From the NCBI GenBank assembly GCA_036172245.1, contig JAYWIR010000027.1, positions 1,798,001 to 1,862,000 of the forward strand: 64,000 nt of DNA. Direction: 5' to 3'. The position numbers and the translations under genes were made by a program. The notes below the pieces were generated by a model that was not told the DNA's origin, did no database searches, and saw only the letters and a list, made by a program, of their open reading frames with translations. Origin of the DNA: Raillietiella orientalis (lineage: Eukaryota). Below are positions 27,101-37,172 of the stretch, piece after piece. The stretch's first letter is position 1; each line of letters starts with the position of its first letter.

Positions 27101-30100
27101 TTCCCCCTACACACCCCAGCCAACCCCGCATCTCCGTCCTCTCGTTCTAATCCGCGCTCTCGTGGCGGTGAAACGATCGCTCGGTGGGATCGCGGCACCC
27201 GACGTGCCGCTTCCGGCCGAAGAGATTTAAGCAACGGATGCCTCCCGGGGGCTCTTGGATTTCTCCCTTTCCTTTCGCAGAGATGTCCAAAATCCTCGTG
27301 CTTTTGTCGACAGCATGGGAAAGTTCTTTGCCAACACGAGCGTCTTAATGGCCACTGCGCCCGTTCCCTTCTCTCTTAAATTCCCCTCCGCCGTGTTTGC
27401 CGAGTGAGGCAAGCGGTGCTTTCTCCTCACGTCGTCTGTCTCCGCGTCTTTGACCCGCGCCTGCTGGAAGCCTGTCGGTTTCGAAGCCGATGGGAATGCC
27501 GCCGCGTTGCGCCGGACCCGAAAAACTCAGGCCGGCCTTCTCGACCCTGCCTCTTTTTTTGCCCGCTCGTAGGATGGGACTCGCCGTGCTCCGTGTCGGG
27601 TTCCCACGCGATTCTTTGGCGCATGAACCAAAGGTGCATTGGTTCCCCCGAGTAAACGTCTAGCGAGGAAAGGCTGGGAGACACACGCGTGCCTTTTCAA
27701 CCACGAGTCGCAGTCCCTTTTCTTCTTCGTCTTTTCCCATTTCCTTGCACCCACGTCGCATCCCTTCGATGGTCGGCTGAGGACGACTGCGCGCTCGCCT
27801 GTGCGAGCGCTCTTCGCTCCTTCGGAGCGGCGGCAGCTCTCCGTTCCTGTGACCTTCAGCATGCAAGTGGCTTGCGTTTTCCCCGCTCTTCCTCATCAGG
27901 CTCTCGCTCATCACTCCGCCCGACGTGCGACTCCCCCCCCCATCCTGCTTCCTCTTCCGCCTCTTCGCACGGCAGTCGGCAATCGAAGTCCGCTTCCCGG
28001 TAGAAACCCACGCGTCGGGACTCCCCGTTCCTTTCTGCCTCCCGTTAACCCCGCAGGTCACGAAAACTCACTTCCGAATGGTCGAATCGGCCACTGCTCG
28101 ACCTTCCATCCGCTCACGTCAGCTGGGCGCAAGCGCTCCGCTAGGATGAGCGCTTGGCGTGTTCGGAGGATGGCCCCTCGCCAACGTTCCTGATGGCGGG
28201 TTTGGATCGGTGATCAGGACGATGGGATAGTGTCATCTTCGCAGCAGGGAACAGTCGAGCTGAAGGTCGGGAGGGGCACACGAGCGCTGGGTTGCTGGAG
28301 TCGCTGCTTCCGAAGGCCTCCTCCTTCTTTTCCTCCTTCCTAATTAAAGGGAGGCGGTGCAAACGAATCACCTCGTGAGGAGAGAGCCTTGCGAAGGGAG
28401 CCATCCCGACGAAGGGGAAAATTCGGCAGGGTGGGATTGACTCTCGAAACTTCCGGAAACGGGAAAGACCGCGGAGAAGAAAACAGCAGGAGCGAACTGA
28501 AGCCAGGCTGCCAGAAGAAAAGAACACGCCTGATGAAGGCCGGAACAATGGGGGTCGATCTTCGGGTCCTTCCAGGAATCAAGGAATGGAGAGTTCTACC
28601 TCCGGTCGTGCAACGGAGAGAGGACCCCCCATCGTGGGGGGCCCCTCCGGTTCGTTCAGATGGAGTAGGAGATCACTCCAGATGTGTTGTTAAAGGACCC
28701 CCCGTTGCAGGGGAGGACCTTCCGAGTCGCGCTGACGGAGCAGGTGCGTTGCCACCTCTCCAGAGAGTGCAAGGAAGCTAGAGCGATCGATCCCTGCGGG
28801 GAAGCAGCGCCCCTTCTGAATTTCGGAAGCATCCCTTCGGGGTTCTCTTCAGAGGAGTGAACAGGAGAGGTTCCCTTGAGGGTTCCTTCCGGAGAAGAAA
28901 TTCCCACTCGCGGATCCATTCCGGTTCCCTTCGGAGAAGATGAAATGGAAAGGACTGCACTCCCCATTACGGGGGTGTCCCTCTGGAGAGAATGCAGAAG
29001 GAGATTCCCTTCGGGGTTCCCCTTCGGAGACAACCAGGGTGGGAGGTGAGATCCCCCCCGTCCGGGGGGATCCCTCCCCAAGAGTGAGAGGCATGGACTC
29101 CGAGCCCTTCCTGGATTTTCCAGCCGAAGCGTGTACAAGTGAACAGAAAACCGGAAAAAAAAAAAGCTGGAAGGAAAAAACAGCCAAGACATAAGAAAAA
29201 AGAACCCAAAGGATTTCAATCATCTTAACTACAAAGCCCGCGTCGGAGGTTTTTTCTCGCTCTAGGTGAAGGGTGGGAGGGGCACTGCGGATGCGCCCGC
29301 TCCTTCGCTCGTCCGTGCTTTTTCCAGGAACCAACGGGAGGCTGCGCCTCCTTCCCTCCGGATCTCGAATCGGGCAAACCGATCTCGCAGCGCACAGTTC
29401 CCTTGGATGCGCCCGCCCTTTCACGCGAAGTTTCAGCGTCTGCCTTGCACCACCCTCCCGCAGCTGCGAAGTCTTCCTCCCGCGCCAGACGATGGCGGCG
29501 GCTGTGATGATGCCAGCGGTAGCAACAGCATCGCCAAGCGCTCCTTTTTCCAGAAGTAGCTGCTTCTTTGCTCTTCTCGGAGTTGGGTGGTCGTCATTCA
29601 CGGCTTGAGGCCCTTCGACATGTCATCCCAGCTAGCGACCTCCCCCCCCTCCAAGCATAGCTTCAGAGAACGAAAGGATGTGCACGTGTGGGGAGGGGCG
29701 CAGCAAGTGGGGAATAACCAGCGCCATCGGAAGAGATGGTTCAAGACGAGCAGGGATCGTCTTTCCGTCGTCACGGTCTCAATGCTCTCACTGGAGGGCA
29801 GCACATGCATCGGAGGAGAGAGCGCAGCAGTTCCGCGCCAACGCGGGAGCCCCCTTCGCTCCCGGCTGGTGGGGGACTCTCGAACGAGACGGCGATGGTG
29901 TCGCCATTTTCCCCAACAGCCTTGCGAGTCCGCCCACCGTGTCTTCGAAGAACGTCCGTGGGAAGAGCGCGCACACGCTTTTTCCGGTCTCTCGCGATGG
30001 TGAGTTGGTCTCGAATGTTGGTGCCTGCGCCACCCCCTTTCCCACCCTGGGCGCGCCAGCTACCTCGAGGAGGCCTCACATGCCCCCATCTTTCCACCTA

Positions 30101-33100
30101 GAGCCCTCGTCGCAGGTTTGTCCTTCGCTTTGAGTCCTCTTACTCCAGGCTCACTGCAGCGCCTTCGGGCATGCGTGTCCATGAAGATCTCCCGAAACAC
30201 GAGCGTCACGCCCATCCTCGGAATCCGCCCCAGATCTTCGAATCCCTGCAAACCCCTTCGTCTATATCGAAGGGTACTACTGGGTTGGCTGCATCGGTCT
30301 CCACGAAGAGGAGGGAAACTGCCCAACTGTCTTCCCTCCTTTCTCCCCCACTTGCACCTTCAGCTTGATGCCCTCCCTCGCTGCCCCGCGGCACACACCC
30401 CGACTCGAATTGGCGGTGGTCTCACGGAGGCATTTTGCTCGTGTCACGGGTTCGCACTGTTGCCGACCTTTGAACGTACTTCCTCTCCGTCGGCAGCTTT
30501 GGCGCCCCTTGCGTTTCCGCGCTCGGACGCTACGACAGCGAGAGAGAATGCTACCGTCTCCGTCTCGTCCCCAGGATCCTCTACCCTCTCTCCGCCTGGG
30601 AAAAAGGTGGCGGCAGGAGAGCCGGGAGCTCCGGGAAGGGTCAAGGGACCCTATCCTCCGCGCCGAACGGGAAGCGATCTCTCCGCTCGATAGATCGGGG
30701 ACATTAAGCGAAAGCGCCCAACTCCCCGCCACCGCCGCCCGGGGAGTCGGTCGGGAGACCCGAGGAGAGCTGGGGGCAACTCAGCATCCCTACTGCAGAC
30801 GGACCTGCCGGGACCACCTCTCCGGGAAGAGGAAACGGCGCGCCTCTGGGGGAACCCGTTGCGAGGGAAGGAGCCTGATCACCCTCCGAGACGGCTCCAT
30901 CCGAAAGGAGGGGAGAGAGTGATTCGTCCGGACGGCTCCTTCGCCCCTACGGGGAAGGCGGGTTGGTCGCTGGCTCTCGGCGCCAGAGGGAAGTGGGTGC
31001 GGCGAGGTCAAAAGGAGCGGACGGGTTCTCCCGGAAGAGCGCGCCGGAGATACGCGCGCATCCAGCCCTAACCATTCCCTTCCGTCTCCTCCGCTTCCGC
31101 TTCAGCCCCAGTGTGCCCCCTCCCTCCGCACATCCTCCTCCAACCCCACTCTCCTTCCCAGTCACCCCTCAGGCTGTCCCATTCCGCCTCCCTTCCCTTC
31201 ATCTTCTCGCTGGTCCCACGGTACCCTCAAGGCACCACCCCACCTCACCCTTGCCAGGCACCGATTTTGGAGCCGTTCCCACGGTCGACGGATGAGGAGC
31301 GCGTCTCCAGGGTGCTCGGGCGATGCCCCAGCGGGTGTCTCCCCCCTTTCCCCCGAGGAGGGCAGCTCGATATCTTCCGCCGTTCCAGGACCCGTTCCAC
31401 TGCGAGATCAGCCACAGTCTGGGGACGAGCTGCTGGAAGCCGGGGGAGGTCAACTGCCACGTGCGGCTGGACAAGGGCGGCTACGTGCCCGGGGAGTCGG
31501 TGCGGATCTGCGCCACGATCACTAACTGCAGCAAGGTGTCTATCAAGAGAACCAAGGCCTCGCTCTCCGAGGTGAGTCGCGCTCCCGTCTCCCTGGCGAC
31601 CCCGTGCCCTCGCTTCCACGGCGACGGACGGTGAGCCTCTCCCCCCTCCCGCCCCCGTTCGGCCCGAGAGGAACTGGCCTGACGCCTCTCTTGCAGACCG
31701 TGCAGTACATGGCGCAGAACAGGGTCATGGAAACGGAAGTGAGGGAGCTGAACTCGCTCAGCAAGGGGAAGATCCGGAGAGGGGAGGTAGCCGAGTGGAA
31801 GGACGAGCAGCTGCGCATCCCGCCGCTGCCCCCGACCAACCTCAGGGGCTGCCACGTCATCCGCATCCAGTACGACGTCTTTGTGAGTACCTAGGCTTTT
31901 TTTGACCTTCCCTTCCGGCGCGCCCCTCGAGGCCCCGCTTGCCCTTTCGGCCGTTGCGCCGGGAGGGGAAGGGAGACCGGGGACAGTGCCTCGGCATTTG
32001 TCAGGGTTCGCAACGCCGAGACCTCCGATTGCCGCCTTACTGATGCTTCCTCCGGCGCGCATCTCGGGTTGCCCAGGCAACGGCCTCTAGGACGGGGAGA
32101 GCCACCCTGGGTCCGCGCCAAGGGCAACCTTGAATCGGAAGAAGGGCAGGTGGTGGTGGAATCCCGCTACGCTTCCTGGCGCCCTGCACCGCGCTTTCGA
32201 ACCTGGCAACGCTGCTTCTTCGATCCTGCTCGTTAGGATCGTCCGTACCGACTCATGGGGCGGCAGGGGCACTGCCCGCGCGCGCCCGATGGGGTGTTAT
32301 GCGCAGCGCTCCGAGTCCCGTGCTCGCCGATGCCCGCGGCGGCGACTCGCTGCAGCCTCCCACGCCTCAAACGTGCGAAACGGTGTGCCGGGGATGGGGT
32401 GGGGACCCTGGTCCCAGCGAGCGTGGGTCCTTCGCGGGGGCAGCCGGTTCGACCAGGAAGCTTCATACGGCGAGCTGATGCGCGTTTGCTTTTGCGGCTG
32501 CGTCCGCATGGCAACCAGGGCGACCAACAGCAGCGTGACTTTCAACTCGTGGCTTCTCGTTGGTGCGCGCCCTCCCTCAATCGCCGCGACGACGTTCAAT
32601 TCGTTTCATTTATCCGCCTACTTGCTGGCCTATTTTCTTTCGTACTCGCTTGTTCTTTTTTTCCTTCTTTTCTACTTCGATGTATTGATTTATTTATCCT
32701 GATGCGTGCGGCACGCGTTTTTTCTCCGGTTCTACTGGATCCTCCACCTGATGAAAGAGGCGAGCCCAGCAGCGCCTCCCCCCGTTTTGCGGTTTCAATT
32801 CCTCCCTAAACGAAGACGCTGCTGCAAGGAGACCTGAGGCTCCGTCTCCGGTCTCCTTGCAAACCCCCCATGTCGCTGAGTCTCGGAACTCGTGGGACCC
32901 AAGGCGGCGGGCGTGTCAGTCAGTGGGGCGACCCGCAAAGATCCACCCCTGCCTCCCCATGGTTTCCAGAAATGGTGGACTCAAAGGAGACACGCTGTTT
33001 CAAGGAACGTGGATTTTTTTTTTCTTGGAGCTCGGCGAACGTCCGCGCTCCGGGCGACTTCCGTGGAAGTCGAGCGGGAAGACGTTCGTCCGTCCGTCGC

Positions 33101-34403
33101 TCGCCTCCTTCGCGAAGGAGACAGAACATTCTCTCCTTCTCGAGGTCGCTGCTCCCAAGGTCACCGGAGTGTGTTGCCTGTCCGCCGTTTCTCGAGGGGC
33201 AACACGTCGGCCGCCTGTTTTTTGCCGTCGTCTCCGCTTCGGGGCTGCGACGTCCGTCCACCCTGATCCCAAGGCTTGCCGAGGGGATTCCGATGTGGCG
33301 CCTGGCCACTTCCCGAAAATAACCGACCCCTTCCTGGCGAAACATCTCGGGCCGACCCGTGCGTCTAGGGAGGCGCGCGGAGGCTCCGATGCTGCCAACT
33401 TGCCCGTCGACCATTCTGCGGCGAGCCGCCTCGCAGCCACCGCTGCCGCCGTTCTCGACCGCCAACTTTCGCTTCCGAAGGTGGGCTCGCTGGTTTCGCG
33501 GTGCGCAGCCGCTTCCCGCCAGCCCCTCCCTCTCTCTCTCCGCCGCACCCACCCATCCACCATGCTGACTGGTTCCCTGCCCAAGAACACGGCAGGTGGG
33601 CAGGGCGAGCAAGGGTGAAGAGAATCTCCGTTCAAATCTTTGAAAGTCTCCTAATCCAAGGGGGGGGGATCGTGCATGCAAATTCAAAACATTCCATAAA
33701 GCAATAGGCAATGGTACACATCCATGTGTGATATATACACACATATATACACTTACATACATACCGATATAGATACTTGTCAGTTGAACTTGATTCCATA
33801 AAACAGTAGGTGACAGTGCATTTATATACATATATATATGTGTGTATGTGTTGCATATACAATGTAAATATGAGATACAAATGCAGAATTTCTCAAAACA
33901 ATAGATAGCATGCACAGATATGTGATAAAAATATGTGATATGAATTTAGACGTGACGTATAGAAACTGCAGCCCGTCTTGGAACGTCACGCATGTACGTA
34001 GCGCGTACACGGAAGAGCCATTTTCGATCTTCCCGCTGCCTCGACGCGAGATCGCCACGGCCTCCCTCCTCCTCCTCGCCCCCAAAAGGGGGTGCACCGC
34101 CCCTAGCGCAGCATTTCTCCCGGTGCGAACGGGGTCGCTGCGCTCGACGCACGCGCCGCTGAAAATAGCCCCTTGGCTCGCCACGGCTGCCAGACGGACG
34201 TTCGCCTGAAAGCGTATCCTGCCCACTGCATGCCCATCCTGCGCCTTTCGTTGCAGTTCTCCATCGAACCGAAGAACGTCGAGAAGGTGATCAAGCTGCA
34301 GCTGCCCATCCTCGTCGCTACGTACCCCAACCGGAACTCCGATGGAACTTTGAAAAGACACCAGAAGAATCTTTACCCGGCCACTCTGCCAGTTTTCCGA
34401 TGA
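15117..34403 (+). CDS. Arrestin domain-containing protein (alpha-arrestin, Drosophila Vdup1-like, TXNIP/ARRDC family)
   Basis: Exons 15117-15237, 17200-17313, 26667-26884, 31389-31571, 31697-31882, 34257-34403, all GT-AG and phase-consistent; 969 nt = 322 aa. Motifs KLLKFLILFDNENLLYFPGQ, DKENYIDFRMRLLG, SPGIHSFPFKLGLPLGLPSTFLG.YGWVQYYCKA, LDKGGYVPGES, IPPLPPTNLRGCHVIRIQYDV, KLQLPILVATYP cover the Arrestin_N and Arrestin_C folds. Confidence 0.93.
28529..29100 (+). repeat. Dispersed repeat family copy (about 28529-28800) followed by a degenerate 30-60 bp tandem array of short hairpins
   Basis: Shares the identical 21-mer GATGAAGGCCGGAACAATGGG and about 200 nt of colinear similarity with 55609; then about 6 units resembling TTCCCTTCGGGGTTCCCTTCGGAGAAGA between 28832 and 29100. 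Confidence 0.8.
33691..33950. repeat. AT-rich low-complexity island with (AT)/(AC) microsatellite in arrestin intron 5
   Basis: Abrupt AT-rich block; ATTCCATAAA.CA.TAGG repeated at 33691 and 33793. Confidence 0.55.
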
Positions 34404-35644
34404 GGGGCTCGGAACGTGCTGGTCTCCCCCGAGGTGCTGGACGAGGAGGCGGACAGAGGACGCTCCGGTCGTCTTCGACCTACGGACTCGTGAAGAACAC
34501 TCCCCTACTGTTTACAGAGTGCGCTGCAGCAGCAGGAGAGAAGAGGGGGTGCAGCTAGGTGTTTCCCGCGGAGCGGCGTCACGTTCCGTCCCACTCACCG
34601 CCTCCTACGCATCCCTGCGCAGACGTGACGTTCTGATGCTGAGAATCGCCTCCAGGAACGAACAGTGCTCGCGTATGAATCTGTGAATACACGACTGCCA
34701 TCTTCTCCCGGACCTCACATTTGCCTAGCTGTACTCTCCACCCCCCCGCTGCCTCTCGCTTGCCGCCAGACGCACGGAAGGCTACCCGCCCACCCAGCGG
34801 ACTGGACAACCCGGCAGAGACGCCTGAGGCGAAAAGTGTATGTGCAACCCTTGGCGGTCGGTTGATGGAAGCAAGCATCATCGACAACCGTGACTTCCTA
34901 ACGGGACTGCCAAGCCAGCGGCGCACCGGCCTAACCTATGCGATTTCATCAGCTGGCTCCCCACCTTGGCAGGTTCGCCGATTCCCTTGAGCGGCGTCTG
35001 TGGTGGTCGTGAAGTCCCAGGCAGCGCACAGCATGCTTGGTCCTCCCAGGAGGGTAGAGGGAAAAAAACCCTCAAGTGTCTTCTTTAGCCTTCCCTTGCT
35101 CGATTTTCATCCACTCCTTGGAGAAAGGGAGGGACGGAAATGGGGTGAGCACAGTGGTCACTTCCAGGGAAACAGACAGAAATCAGCGGATGAATGAAGA
35201 CTCGGTGGACCGGGAGCAGAAGCGGGCAACGGGAATTCTGTTGCCTTGTCGCCAGGCAACGGGAAGTCGCGAAATGAGAGCCAAGGAAGTCGACAAATCC
35301 GAGAGCCAACTCTGTACGGTTCTGTGGGGAAGGATTTCCCAGTCCACCACGTACCACACCCACAGAGGAGGGGAAATTCTTTTGATAAAAAGCGGGAAGG
35401 GAAGCTGAGGATGGAAGCTCGCATTTCTCTGCTGCATTTCCTCATTCTGGTTGGAGCCCCCTCAGTTCCTCTAGCCCATCCCTTACCGCATCCCTTCTTC
35501 ATGAGATGACTTGAACAGTACCTTCAGCCAGTCTGGGATGCTGGCGTAGCCGGCATCGTTCCTCCAATGATCCCTTCAGCTGTAATGTTATTTTCTAATG
35601 TTAAAGCCCTCCTGCATATATGTAAACTGTACTATTATTTTCTA

Positions 35645-35650
35645 AATAAA
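35645..35650 (+). terminator. Probable polyadenylation signal (AATAAA) of the alpha-arrestin mRNA
   Basis: First AATAAA I found after the stop at 34403, at the end of an AT-rich UTR-like stretch (TGTA motifs, 35581-35644). Confidence 0.6.
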
Positions 35651-35652
35651 AA

Positions 35653-35790
35653 ATCTGTTCTTATCAGCTTAATATCTGATACGCCACCTATCTCGTGGCC
35701 AGCATATTAAACTACTTTTTGGAAGTGGACGGGATGCTTGGAGCTTGCTCCTCTCCTGTCGCGGGTTGACCTGGTATTGCAGTACAGCCA
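35653..35790 (+). pseudogene. U2: U2 snRNA-derived sequence, 5'-truncated (U2 pseudogene or variant)
   Basis: ATCTGTTCTTATCAGCTTAATATCTGATACG...ATATTAAACTACTTTTTGGAA...GGAGCTTGCTCC...GGGTTGACCTGGTATTGCAGTAC matches metazoan U2 from about nt 38 onward; stems IIa, IIb and III can fold. The first ~37 nt and the 3' strand of stem IV are missing, and the Sm site reads ACTTTTTG. Confidence 0.9.
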
Positions 35791-37172
35791 TATTCCCGAC
35801 GAGGAGGCCGCTCTTACCGTCCCCTGCGCTTGTTCTGCAGTATGGAAAGGAACAGCAAAGGTTGCCGCATGTCGGCGCCTCGCCGCCTTCCATCTCCACA
35901 TTCCATTTGAATATCAAGCATTTGCATACGACGTGTGGCCACGCTCCGCTCTTCATCCACTCCTGAGATCAGTGTTGGGCACTGCTAATATTTCCGTGGC
36001 ATGCAGTGGGTCATCCGGGAACGTGAAGTCGACTTCCTTGCTCCAACTACGTGAAGCAACGGTCGGGGTTAAGTTCCAGAAAGCAGTCAGGGCACTCTTA
36101 GGCGGGGCGACGGCCTGAACTTGCGTTCTGGGCACGGCCATCGGAACGAAGGCTTGCCAAAAGTTGCATATGGCAACCTATCCTCCAGGGGCCATGGAGA
36201 GCTCAGATGGTTTACCCGCACACCCTATACAAAATGCCATGGTACGCCGCAGACAGTGGTGACCTTTTTTTTTTCCTGCACTTGTGATATATATTCTTCC
36301 ACCTGCCTGGACACAACACGAAATTGCGATGTGCATCCATTCCTAAATTCTTCGCGCCACCTGATGTTCACATGCGCATGTGCTGGATAACCCACCCCAA
36401 GACGTGTAGAGTCTGCCCGTCGAAGAGTAACCTACGGCCTGTTGCAACAAGAAGGTCGGCTCCCGCTGCGATCGAAGACATCCCCCAACTTAGGGTGAGG
36501 GCTGTTGCGTCATCGAAGCAAGCCTGATCAAAAGAAAGAGCAGAGCGATGAACGTCCGCTTGAGCAAAACCTGGTGGTCTCTGCAGAAGTTTCAGAACTC
36601 ATCGGTAACCGGTAAGAACCTCCCTTTGCCGTCTGAGGGTGGTCACGAGCAGAATCATCCACAGGAGATGGCAAGTGATGGCGCTTAATACAGCGCGTGG
36701 ATGAAGGATCAAAAGAGGGAAAAAGCAACAGGACAAACGGAGGATTACGTACGCTTCCTCTGAAGAAAAAAAAAAGGCTCTGAACGTGGTCGAGAAATCG
36801 AGGGAGACGCCCTAATGCATTCGTTTGCCATCCCTCTCAAGGGGTCAATCGATCCAGTTTGCCCAGATTTCGGTCGCAAGTGACAATCACGTGAGTTGTG
36901 TGCCTTTTCTTGACGCGGCGATTCATTGAGAAAAAATATCATGGCTTTGCTGCGTGCGGAACAAGAAAAAACCGAAAAGTGCAAATTTCTAATCGTTTTC
37001 TCGCCAAGCTCAAAACGCCTTGCAGCTTAAACACAGTGCTCATTTCGAAACGGTGAAATGCAGAAACGAGGACGCAAGTGGATTGGTGGTCCACGGTACG
37101 AACACCAACGCAGAATCAACATCTGCTGGAACACTTCGTTGCTAACAACCTTTATACTGACTCACAGAACGC

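Noticed and set aside
28529..28560. Hammerhead-like CTGATGA at the head of the dispersed repeat
   Set aside because: Followed by GGAAC rather than GAAA in both copies, the second copy has CCGATGA, and stems I and III cannot be built.
28832..29100. CRISPR-like repeat-spacer pattern
   Set aside because: Eukaryotic intron, units too degenerate and irregular, no cas genes.
32920..33915. 331-aa minus-strand ORF antisense within arrestin intron 5
   Set aside because: Begins in an AT microsatellite and continues as GC-rich low-information sequence.
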